Shown here piece after piece: positions 13,715-23,600 of a stretch of 64,000 nucleotides of DNA. Position 1 is the stretch's first letter. Every line of letters starts with the position of its first letter. Position numbers and translations under genes: made by a program. The notes under the pieces were generated by a model that saw only the letters and a list, made by a program, of their open reading frames with translations, was not told where the DNA came from and ran no database searches. Where the stretch lies: contig RHPI01002910.1 in assembly GCA_009103225.1 (NCBI GenBank), forward strand, positions 257,645-321,644, in the 5' to 3' direction. This DNA comes from Chlorokybus atmophyticus. Its lineage: Eukaryota > Plantae > Mesostigma and Chlorokybus algae.

Positions 13715-14137
13715 ATGACAGCGGCTGAGGTAGCAGGCAAACAAACACACGTTAACCTGGTAGCCAAGGTGGCTCCTAAGATAGGTGCAAGATTCATATA
13801 CAAGTTGACACATATAAATAAACAGACAGTTTACATAGGGCAGAGCAGCAACCCTGAGAGGCGGTTTAGGGAGCATCACAGGAGCCCGTCGAAGAGGATG
13901 TTGTGTGACTTAGTTAGCGAAAAGTCTTTTGAGGAACAAGTACCGCTTGAGGTGTTGGATCAAGCAGATACCAAGGCACAAATAGATTGGTTAGAAGCCA
14001 AGTACATTGCGCAGTACGACTCTCGCGGGTGCAAGGGGTACAACTTAGACAAAGGCAACCCGTGCAAGTTCGCTGCTTTTTGGGCACGCATTCGTAGTGG
14101 CAGTGGCTTTGGCAACTTTAAAAAGAAAAATGTTTAA
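13715..14137 (+). CDS. Intronless GIY-YIG endonuclease (~140 aa)
   Basis: FIYKLT(7)VYIGQSSNPERRFREH...LEAKYIAQYDS...GYN: both Tyr motifs, the Arg, the Glu and the GYN motif of the GIY-YIG fold are present. The ORF has no stops. Confidence 0.85.
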   Translation: MTAAEVAGKQTHVNLVAKVAPKIGARFIYKLTHINKQTVYIGQSSNPERRFREHHRSPSKRMLCDLVSEKSFEEQVPLEVLDQADTKAQIDWLEAKYIAQYDSRGCKGYNLDKGNPCKFAAFWARIRSGSGFGNFKKKNV

Positions 14138-14462
14138 TTGACTTGTGCTGACATGACTGCAAATGAAGGATTGTAATGGTAAACGAATTTGTGTTGTTTG
14201 TATGTTGCTGAGGCTAACTGTGTGTGTATATGCGCAACAACAACACCGTGATCAATCAGGCATTGCATTGCAAACAATTGTAGTGTGCACACGCGTGTGT
14301 GTCATTGCCAATTTGCTACAGTACACCCTCAGAGCCTGAACCTGCAACTTGCTGCATCGATCAAGCATCCCTATCACTGATATCTTATGCACACTCCTAC
14401 ACATTCGTATAATTAGGACGACGCTTGCAAACTTGGTTCGCGTTGAAGATCTGGAGACAGTT

Positions 14463-15410
14463 TCAGTGACTATGGCTCTGAAGGTGCGTGGGGTAAGGAG
14501 CAGCTGGCAAACACAAAATCTGTGGCATCCAACGCATGGCGGTGTCACTGATGAGGCTCTGCAGCGCATCCACGGCGACTTGCATCAGGTCTGCTGCGTC
14601 GCGCCTGAGCGTCCAATCTTTGATGCACACCACCAAATGCGCCTTCACCGAGTCAACCAAAGTCATCAGCAAACGCAACTGCCATAAACATTAGTTAGCA
14701 ACTGCAGTTTGGCACATGTGCAATGTGTCATACCTGCGCCTTGTAGTAGGTTTCGTGGATGCTTTGTTCCTCCCTGCGCCGATACAAAATGTATGCACAA
14801 TCTGCCAGACTGGTGTCCAGCTGCATCATCACGTGCTGCACCACTGTCGGTACAGGGTAGACGAATATGGGTATGGCGGTGAAGTTGCGTGCTGCCCACA
14901 AGGCGTCAAGTGTCCCCCAAAGTTGCATCCTGGCTCGAAGCACCTAAACCATGCGTTGGGCACATTATGGTTAAGCATGCCCATATGTAGTTTGAAGTCA
15001 CTCTGAGACTGCATAGTTGGGAATGGTTTGACAGCTGCAATCGGTTTCACAGTAGTCACTGTCAAGATACTCTCACCATGTTAATGTGCATGTGGTAGTG
15101 GTCACGGTTCTCCCAGAACAGCTGACGATCCATTGCCGGCGCAATCTGCCACAACCAGGCAAGCTTCTGGGTCTTTGCACGACGTACCTGTTGACAAACA
15201 ATGCAACGACGACGTTTGAGCGCAACCAACAGCATCCCAAAGTTCTGTATGATCAGTTGCACTCACTACGGTCACATGCAGTCGATGCAAGCGCCGGTCC
15301 GCAGGCTCGTCAATCCGCTTGGTGTTCACACAGACGTGTTGTTGTTGCGCATATACACATACAGTCAGCTTCGAACACAACGTGCATTTAAACACTACAG
15401 CTGTCAGCAT
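14463..15410 (-). CDS. Spliced Helitron accessory gene of unknown function, with two CxxC pairs near the N-terminus; possibly frameshifted
   Basis: Putative exons MLTAVVFKCTLCSKLT / NFGMLLVALKRRRCIVCQQVRR...HINM / SQSDFKL...TYYKAQ / LRLLMTLVDSVKAHLVVCIKDWTLRRDAADLMQV with GT-AG boundaries. A paralogous fragment lies at 18955-19110. Confidence 0.45.
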
Positions 15411-15534
15411 GCCCGCATATCGCAATGTTGCCAATGTTCGCAGAAACCAGTTAAACAATACAATGCTTGACCGATAACGGTGATCGACCGACGTGTCGAT
15501 GTAGTCAAACCATACATTACCTGATAGACATAAC

Positions 15535-16190
15535 AAAACATTCGGCAACGTTTGAAAATGTTTGTATCACGCCACACAGACTCGCAAACTAATGTGACAC
15601 AGACGTGACGCAACATTCTCAAACATTCAGCAATGTTCCCGAAAATATGGTCACAGTCAATGAACCACATGAACCGTCGTTTGGGAGACATTCCACAACG
15701 TTCGGGAATGTTTGCATCACGCCGTCACACAGCACTCCCAAAGTGATGCGACGCAAACGTGACGCAACATTCTAGAACTACAGCGATGATTCGGCAGTAT
15801 GGTCACAGTCAACTAACCACGGGGAATGTCAGCTCAGTTATAGCCTGTTTGGAGGGAAACATTCGGCAACATTCGGAATGTTTTCATTACGCCGTCACAT
15901 AGACTCCCATACCTATGTGACGCAAATGTGACGCAACGTTTTCGCACATTCATCGATGTTCCCGACAGTATGATCACAGTTGATTAACCACGTGAACCGT
16001 CAGGTCAATTGTAACCGTCGTTGGGCAAACATTCGGTAAGGTTCGGGGATGTGTCCATCACTCCGTCACACAGGACTTCCAAACTTATGTGACGCAAACA
16101 TGACGCAACATTTTCGAACATTCAACATTGTTCCCGACAATATGGTCACAGTCAATGAACCAGATGAACCATTAGGTCAATAGAAACCGT
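15535..16190 (+). repeat. Four diverged tandem units of ~150-170 bp between divergently oriented Helitron genes
   Basis: Each unit carries AAACATTCGGCAAC..., CGCCGTCACA..GACTC, GTGACGCAACATT, GGTCACAGTCAA and AACCAC. A further partial unit lies at ~18795-18950. Confidence 0.85.
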
Positions 16191-16340
16191 ACAACTAGAC
16201 CACATCAGCCACGCCAGGAACATTGCTCGTATTGCCGAGCCCGCCGCCAACAAGCAACCTGAGCACGCACCAGCAAACCAAGAAGTAGGCAGCGACCTGG
16301 TGCGAGCGAGTAATAGCGTTGCAAAACCCAACTTGTCGTC

Positions 16341-16842
16341 ATGACCAAGGTCACCCAGCATGACTACTTCATGCGCTGCATCTTCGGCTGCCTGGCCGGC
16401 AAACAGTATGCAGGCTGGATCAAAGGTGTGCCTCAGAGCATGCGTAGCCACCTGCAATCAAAGCACGAGAACGACATGAAGAACTTGACAGGGCAGCAGC
16501 GCAAAGCCCTGGGTGACTACTGGGTAGCCTTGGTAAGTGCATGTGCAATGTCCTTGTGTATCTCTATTGTTGTCACACTATCAGGAGTACTTCAAATTGC
16601 CTGAAGCTAACATCGAATGCATGTTGACTGCAGAAAGAACATGCTATAATTGTACACAACGCCAACCCAATGACGGGCTACTTCATGCCAATGCAAGCCA
16701 CGTATCCATTGGGCGACACATCGGTACCGTTGCCGCCATGCCTGCAGGATGTGCTGAAGCATGTAGAGTACGACGCGGACGTCAATTTGCGCACCGCCTT
16801 GATGACAATGCCACCACATGCACAAGGCAAGCAAACAGAAAC

Positions 16843-16893
<51 letters not shown>

Positions 16894-18723
16894 CCTTTGG
16901 ATACCAACAACGGCATACGTGCATGCAAGCTGGAGAATGTGTGTGTGCAACAACAGACTCTGTACAAACACGCAAGACACCAACCACAGCGGAGACACAA
17001 GCGACGCTGTCAATAACAAAATTGCATCCCCGCAAGAGGTCCAAAAGCTAGAGTGCGCACACAACTGACATGCGTGTGACAGACGTTGACACAGGTATGT
17101 AAATATGACGATATAAAGGCGATTAACTTACAGGAAACACATCAATAGTCAAGCGCTGCGCAACAATGTGCTGAGTGTGTGTGGTTGCAGACGAGCCTTT
17201 GCCACGCATGCACCAGCCTCCAGCGCAGCAGCAAGACACAGAGCGCAACACGGTGGAAACCTTGCTCCGTGTATACACCGAGGAGATGAAAACTGCACTC
17301 GCTAGGATTTTCCAGTTGCAACAAGAAAGTAAGTGCAAATTAAGCATTACATCATCACCACTGCTGCGGCGCTCATGCAATGCTGCTGGTACAAAAAAAC
17401 AGGTGCAAACTGCCAACGACGACCTCACCCGTCGCAACGCGTATCTCGCGGAAAACATGCGCAACCAAGCAGCAAAGATCGGAACGCTACAACTAACGGA
17501 TGAACGCATCTGTGCAGGAAATAGCAACGCTGAAGGGTGACCTCGAAGTGTCAAACACCACCAACGACGAGCTCAACCGGCACATTATCAGCAATCAGCA
17601 GAGCATAGATGCTCTGCAAAAAAAAGTTCAAAACCTGAAGAGTGAAATGCAGGGACACCACCAAGAAGCGTTTGACATGCATCAACTGCGTCACGGCTGC
17701 AAGTAGCCCAAGATCAAGCGCGCCAACAGCAAAGAAACTTCGAGCAGTCCGATGCGCGCATTGCACAACTGCTAGACCAACACAAGCAAGCGCAAGCAGA
17801 GCGCGAGCAACAATAAGCAAAGGTAGCAACTACGTGCAACACTGTGTGCAACTGCAGCTCAAGTACACGTCTCAACTACTGACGCACACAACACAGATCG
17901 AAGAGCTGCGCAGTGCTTGTAAACTGCTCAACACCACTCTACAATACAAAGAGGAAGACATACCCAAAGGCATCACCTGACAGATGCTGCGCGAGCAGCT
18001 AAAAGACCAGGAGGACACCGCCAACACCTGGAAGTTTCAGTTTGCAGAGTGGACTGCACTGAATCCGGATGCCGCACAGGTAAGCTCCCTCTGCACTAGA
18101 CCATGGGAGCAACATATAACATGACTGCTGTGCAGGCGTGCGAACTGGCAAAAGCAATAGCAGCCTGCAAAGAAGTTGTGGAAAACAGTCGCGACTTCTA
18201 CATGGACAAGCTGATGAGGCTGTGCGCCTACATACTCAGGTTGGCACCGGTCCTGCGCCGCGCCGCACGAGAAGAAGAACTGCAAGCCTCCCTGCGCACA
18301 ACGTACAAGGGCAAGGAACCTATGCAGGAGGACGACATCTGCGTGTGCTGTTGGGAAAGCAAGCCACAAGGAGAAGTGCTCAAGTTGCCATGCTATGGAC
18401 GCACGCTGTGCAAGAATTGTTTGAGAGAAATGCAACACATAAGCCACGCAATGCTAGAGTGCCCCAACTGCAGGCGCTTTCAACTCCTGTTTCTGCACAG
18501 ACCCAAGGTCAAGCCCCCCACAGAAGCACTCGTAGTAATCCCAAACTCAGACACAGACACCGAAGACCTGGGGAATGACCCTGGACCACACATGTTCGAA
18601 GGGCGACCTAGGAGCAGGCCCATCGTCACGTTTGTTCTGGGGCCATTGCACCAATTGTACATGATTGTTTATGATGGCAACAAACTGCTGTTGGTGATGT
18701 CAACCGTTTGCAATAGGGCATGA
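16341..18723 (+). CDS. Spliced Helitron cargo/accessory gene: N-terminal C2H2/BED-like Zn finger, coiled coil and C-terminal RING-like domain (putative E3 ligase)
   Basis: CIFGC...MRSHLQSKH; coiled-coil exons (EIATLKGDLEVSNTTNDELNRHIISNQQSIDALQKKVQNLK); RING-like ICVCCWESK...LPCYGRTLCKNCL...LECPNCRR. Confidence 0.62.
16845..16890 (+). repeat. (TG)23 microsatellite in an intron
   Basis: Seen directly. Confidence 0.95.
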
Positions 18724-19111
18724 ATCTGCATATAATTGCCAAGGCACATGAGGATACAACCAATGCGTACAACGACTTCAATACGACGATAAACCGGAAT
18801 ATTGGCAACATTCACGAATGTTTGCGTCATGCGTCTCGTGGGACTCGCAAATTCTCGCCAGCGTGACGCAACATTCCCAAACATTCGGCAATGTTCCTTG
18901 AGTAGTCAGAGTAACCGCGACAACCGTTAGGTCAATTGTGACGTCATTGTGACCACAACGACTTGCATCAGGTCGGCTGCGGCGCATTTGAGCGCTCAGT
19001 CTGTGTTATCACATATGCATCAACATGACATTCGAACGAGGCAAGGCGTTGCATCAATCTACAAGACATAGAAAGCAACTCTGACTGTGATAGCGTCGCA
19101 TTGAGGCCCGC

Positions 19112-19380
19112 GCCCCCCCCCCCCCCCCCCNNNNNNNNNNNNNNNNNNNNNNNNNNNNNNNNNNNNNNNNNNNNNNNNNNNNNNNNNNNNNNNNNNNNNN
19201 NNNNNNNNNNNNNNNNNNNNNNNNNNNNNNNNNNNNNNNNNNNNNNNNNNNNNNNNNNNNNNNNNNNNNNNNNNNNNNNNNNNNNNNNNNNNNNNNNNNN
19301 NNNNNNNNNNNNNNNNNNNNNNNNNNNNNNNNNNNNNNNNNNNNNNNNNNNNNNNNNNCCCCCCCCCCCCCCCCCCCCCC
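19112..19380. other. Assembly gap (N 19131-19358) flanked by poly-C
   Basis: N run with homopolymer flanks. Confidence 0.97.
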
Positions 19381-20249
19381 AAAAAAAAAGCCCAATCAGC
19401 CGCATCCACTAGTTCATGTACTGTCGTGGCTCGTTCTGAGCCGTTGGTTGGCAGTGCTGTTTTACAAATCCGATAGGGTAGGCTGATGCTTTTAATTTGT
19501 ATTTGTTTTGGCTGCTGCTGCTAGGCTGCATATCACCTACGTAGGTGATATGCAACCATGTATGCGTTGTGCATGCATGAATTGAGCATGCGCACACGAA
19601 AGATACAAGAAAAAAAATACATATTAAAAGTGAAACACACAATGCATGCGCGCACATGCATGCAAAGGAACAGAGGAGACAATGTGGAGGAATTGATTGA
19701 AAGATAATGGTAAGACGTTACAGGTACTACCCATAAGGCAATGCTAAGACGCTGCTGCCATGGGTCAGAGGGATAGACTTGACTCCACATGTGCTATTGC
19801 ACTTGGGAGTTAGCCTGCAACAGCACAGAACAGTGAATAACGCAATGGCAAAGCTAACAGTCTGTAACATGCCACAAAGTAACACTTACCATTCCTCATC
19901 ATCCTGGCGGCTTGGCATGTACATAACACCTGCAAGAACAACAAGCAAATTCAAGTTGTTGCTAGGGAAGCAACAAAACAGCGTGCATAAATGCATAGTC
20001 AGCCGGCAGAACTTACCACTTGTGACTTGTACTTCTCACCCCACCATCTTGAAACCAATCACCTGCACATACCAATGTTGCAGCACTGCAAAGCAAGCAT
20101 GCACGCATGCGCAGCCAGTATTGAGCTTTACTCACATGCAACCAGGCCCTCCAGTTCTCATGTTTGAAATCCTGCACAGCATAATGAGACGACATTGTGC
20201 CGTGCATTGCCATTGAGAGTGGAATAAACAGAAGAGCATAACTTAACGG

Positions 20250-23200
20250 ATTGCGATTGAGAATGGAAGCAATAAAGGCTAGAAGTGTGCTTGGGCTAAA
20301 ACCATCAAAATTGAAGTTAATGTAGTGGCCACCAACATGAATGGCGGATGGCGCTAAAGGCGCTGAAGGCACAGGCTTGTCTGTCGGTAGTGGTGTGCGC
20401 AGCGGAGCGATACTGCCAATTGAAGCCACTGCATACAACACGTAGTCTGCAATTAGTGAAATGAGGTGAGTGGAGTGAACAAGCAAAATGCACTACTTAC
20501 CATGACTAAATTCTGTGCGCACGACGAGCGCATCACGATCCGACACAACAATATCATCTGCACAACATCAGAAGCATTAAGATCATTATCAAGATGAAAC
20601 AATGAGCAAATTTTACTACATATGCACTCGCCGTCGGCTGGTGCAGTGTGTAGTTCAGCTGCCTAATGGCAATCATCAGCGGCTACCTCGCAAACTGCAC
20701 CATGTGATGGACCAGCACTCGGTGAGGCATTGTCAGGTAGGTTCCCAACTTTTGCAGCAGCAGGTAACAGTAAGAGTGGAGCAGAGGGCGATGATGGGCG
20801 TGAAAACGATGACAATGGCACCGATGTCGCAAGTGGTGGTGGCAATGAGGTGATAAATGCCGGCAGCGGTATATATGATGCTGGTGAAGCGGGAACATTG
20901 CTAGTAACAGCACCTAGATCACACATTAGACATGTAGAGGCAAAGCAGCAGCAGCTAGCAATATTCATGTGTACCAGCAGAAGTGACAGCGGGGTTTGCA
21001 GGCTATTCGGCACTAGGTCCAGCATCTGCACCATTATTGTAGATAGGGTCAGCTCGGGATCGAGCTGCTGCCAGCCAGCAGGAGGCCTTTCAAGCTGCTG
21101 CTCATTGAGCGGGTGTAGGTTGTCTTGCATCGCGCGATTGCCAGAGATGCAACTTTTTAACACTGCACTATGGCGAATAACCAGAGTTGGGCAGTCCCTA
21201 CACAGCAAAGGAGTCATAAAAGAAAATGACTAGCATACAATATTCAGAGAAGGTGTGCTTGGCACAAGCTGGCAAAGCTACCTTTTATAAGCAATAGTAG
21301 CGCTGACTGAGCGATGCCCAGTCATACGCATGACGGCTGTTACATCCGAGGCCTCGAACAACATTGTTGCTGCAGTTCCTCGTGAGCTATGGTTGGTTGT
21401 GTGCGGGATGCCAGCTTCCCTGCAAATGGTAGGCACCACCAACTTGATCTTGCTCTCTCCAAGTTTCTAATTCTTGAGCCTGTAGCAGCAAATATGAGTA
21501 AGCGAAACAATGACACATGGCAACACAAGTAGAAACATACAGAAAACACACACTCTTATAAAAGAAATCGTCCTTGGTGGCGCTGCTAGCAAGAGCGTTG
21601 CACAGAACTAAGGTATGGTGACGTTGTAGTCGCGACGGATCTCCTTGTGGTGCTTAACCAGATGGACGATACACATGCTAGGATCAGCTGCGTTGGCGAG
21701 AATTGTCTGTGGCTTGCGATCAACAACAAATCTGTTCAGAGAAACAAAGTGGTTCTTGTCCGGAAGGTATGGCCGATGCACTAGGCGAAAGCCGAGACGC
21801 GATGCGCCAAGGCAAGGTTCCCCTGCAAGCACAGAATGAGAACGCTGTCAAGTCACAGGCAAAGGTAAAGGCAACACAAACAAAAACGTACCATTATCGA
21901 TGTCATACAACTTAAGCTCATAGTCTCGATGATCTTTTAGAAACTGCATACCACGGCCAGCAAAGGCCATCATTAGCACATAACCCATGAGTACGTTGAG
22001 GACACTGCGCCACCGCGACAGGTAGATAGCTCCGCCGATGCTCGAATCTTTGCGAGCTCATCCCAAGACAAAGTGCGTCGGGGCTGTCTTTTGCCATAGC
22101 CCTCGGAAGCGTTCTTCTTGAGAGTAGAGTTGGCCATTTCCTTCACGTTTCGGAAAATGAGGTCAGTCATGATGTTGATAGACTTCGGCTCACCCTGCAG
22201 AGTTTCATTCTCGTCAATTTTAAACCACTGCACCACAACAGAGTAGTTAGCCCGTGGTTGCATGAGCAAGCATGGAAGCCAACAAACAGTGCCTGCAGAC
22301 CTTACCGCGATGTGTCGATTAATACTTTGGAGGTTGTTGGTGAGGTTTCAGCACCCTCACTCCCGCTGTTGGAGAGTTTGTTGCCGTCCTTGTGCTTCAC
22401 CCTTGTAAACGAATGACCTGAAAGGTAAAGGGGACAAAAGGTTACGTACAGCAATGCAGTTGGTAGCCCTACTTAATAATCCAGTTCTGCAAGAGAACAG
22501 AAAGTTGCCGCCGAGTTTCGAGGGGTTGTCCGCGCTTGATGTAATCGTAAGACCTTAAGCTTTTTGTTGGCTTTTTTGCAGGGGGCTTCTAGTCAACTGC
22601 AAACACACATTGTACATTGGTTGGTATAGTTACACTTAAAGCAGTAGTTGCAGCAATTGAAACGTGTACCCATTGAACTTTCTAACAGCGGTGACGGTGC
22701 ACCGGATTGTCTGTTTATTCCTGCAGTACTGACGCAGCAGGTTTAGCTCCGCATCTTCCAACAACCCATCATCAGCATTGAGCTCAACATCCTCGTCGTC
22801 GGGGACATCAGCATCAACAACATCGTTAAAGAGCAAGTCGTCATAGTCAGCATGTAGAGCAGAGGTTGGATGAGCCTGAGGTACGGGGGAAGACGCGGAA
22901 GAGTTTGCAGATGCACTGAGAGGGCGTGCAGAAGACATAGCAGGAGGTGCCTGCTGTGCAGCAATCGGTGTTTGCGGCCGAGGATTTGCGACACCATACA
23001 CACATGCGTTGATGGAAGCAGAGCGTGCTGGTGGAAGAGGAGGACGGTGTTAAGGAAGGTAACCACCAAGCTGCATGCGCGCACGAACAGGAGGAGGTCT
23101 AGCAGGTAATTCCAGTGCACGCACGGAGCGGGGACGGCGAGGTATGGAAGCACAAGGGATGACAAGCAGTTGTGGGAGATTAGGAAAGGAATGGGCGCAG

Positions 23201-23600
23201 GAGGAGCACGGGTGGCAGTTGGAGGAGGAGGACTAATGGAGCCTCTTCGAACCGCGTCGGCAAAGAGCACAGCAATCTCCCTTGCCTTTTGTGCAGCCGA
23301 CAAGTCGTTCAGGACAAGTCGGTAATCCATAGCCTCCATAATGCTTTGCAACATTGGCCATGTCTTTCTGTTTGATATAAGTATCATGTCGACGCAAATC
23401 AAGTTGCGCATTGCCGGTAGGCCCATAAATGTCATGATATTGCGACGATAGTCCAACGCGTCGGTAGACCACAGCCTCTATAATATTTTGCAACATTAGC
23501 CACGTCATCTTGTCCGGTATGAGTATCATGTCGACGCAAATCAAGTTGCGCATTATCGATAGGCCCACAAATGTCATAATTTGTACTGCTAAAATCATGT
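20250..23600 (-). mobile_element. Crypton-type tyrosine recombinase transposon gene (intron-containing, degraded; DUF3504/CryptonA-like)
   Basis: Minus-strand exons: RNKQTIRCTVTAVRKFNGY (~22670-22730); RRQLSVLLQNWIIK; FTRVKHKDGNKLSNS; NIMTDLIFRNVKEMANSTLKKNASEGYGKRQPRRTLSWDE (~22060-22180); PDKNH...CIVHLVKHH; and an unlisted frame at ~21280-21480, KN*KLGESKIKLVVPTICREAGIPHTTNHSSRGTAATMLFEASDVTAVMRMTGHRSVSATIAYKR (HxxR, GH, catalytic Y). The tail includes HYINFNF. Confidence 0.88.

Larger units (their letters stand above)
6850..19130 (+). mobile_element. Helitron2/Helentron-like (HLE2) rolling-circle transposon with accessory genes; both ends uncertain, right end runs into an N-gap
   Basis: RepHel at 7687-11766, shared internal motif arrays at 7565, 11900, 12127, 15535-16190 and 18797, and a hairpin at 6866-6882. 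Assignment of 12-19 kb to the element is inferred from the shared repeats. Confidence 0.72.

Noticed and set aside
13715-14137. Penelope-like retroelement as the source of the GIY-YIG
   Set aside because: No adjacent RT, pseudo-LTRs or hammerhead motif were seen, and the ORF lacks the Penelope CCHH-type linker.
15535-16190. CRISPR-like array
   Set aside because: The units are long (~160 bp) and diverged along their whole length, with no identical short repeats, unique spacers or cas genes, in a eukaryotic context.
12000-19100. Fanzor/TnpB cargo in the Helitron2
   Set aside because: I looked for it because algal Helitron2 elements can carry it, but found no RuvC motifs or TnpB-type Zn ribbon in the frames I read. 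A profile search is still advisable.
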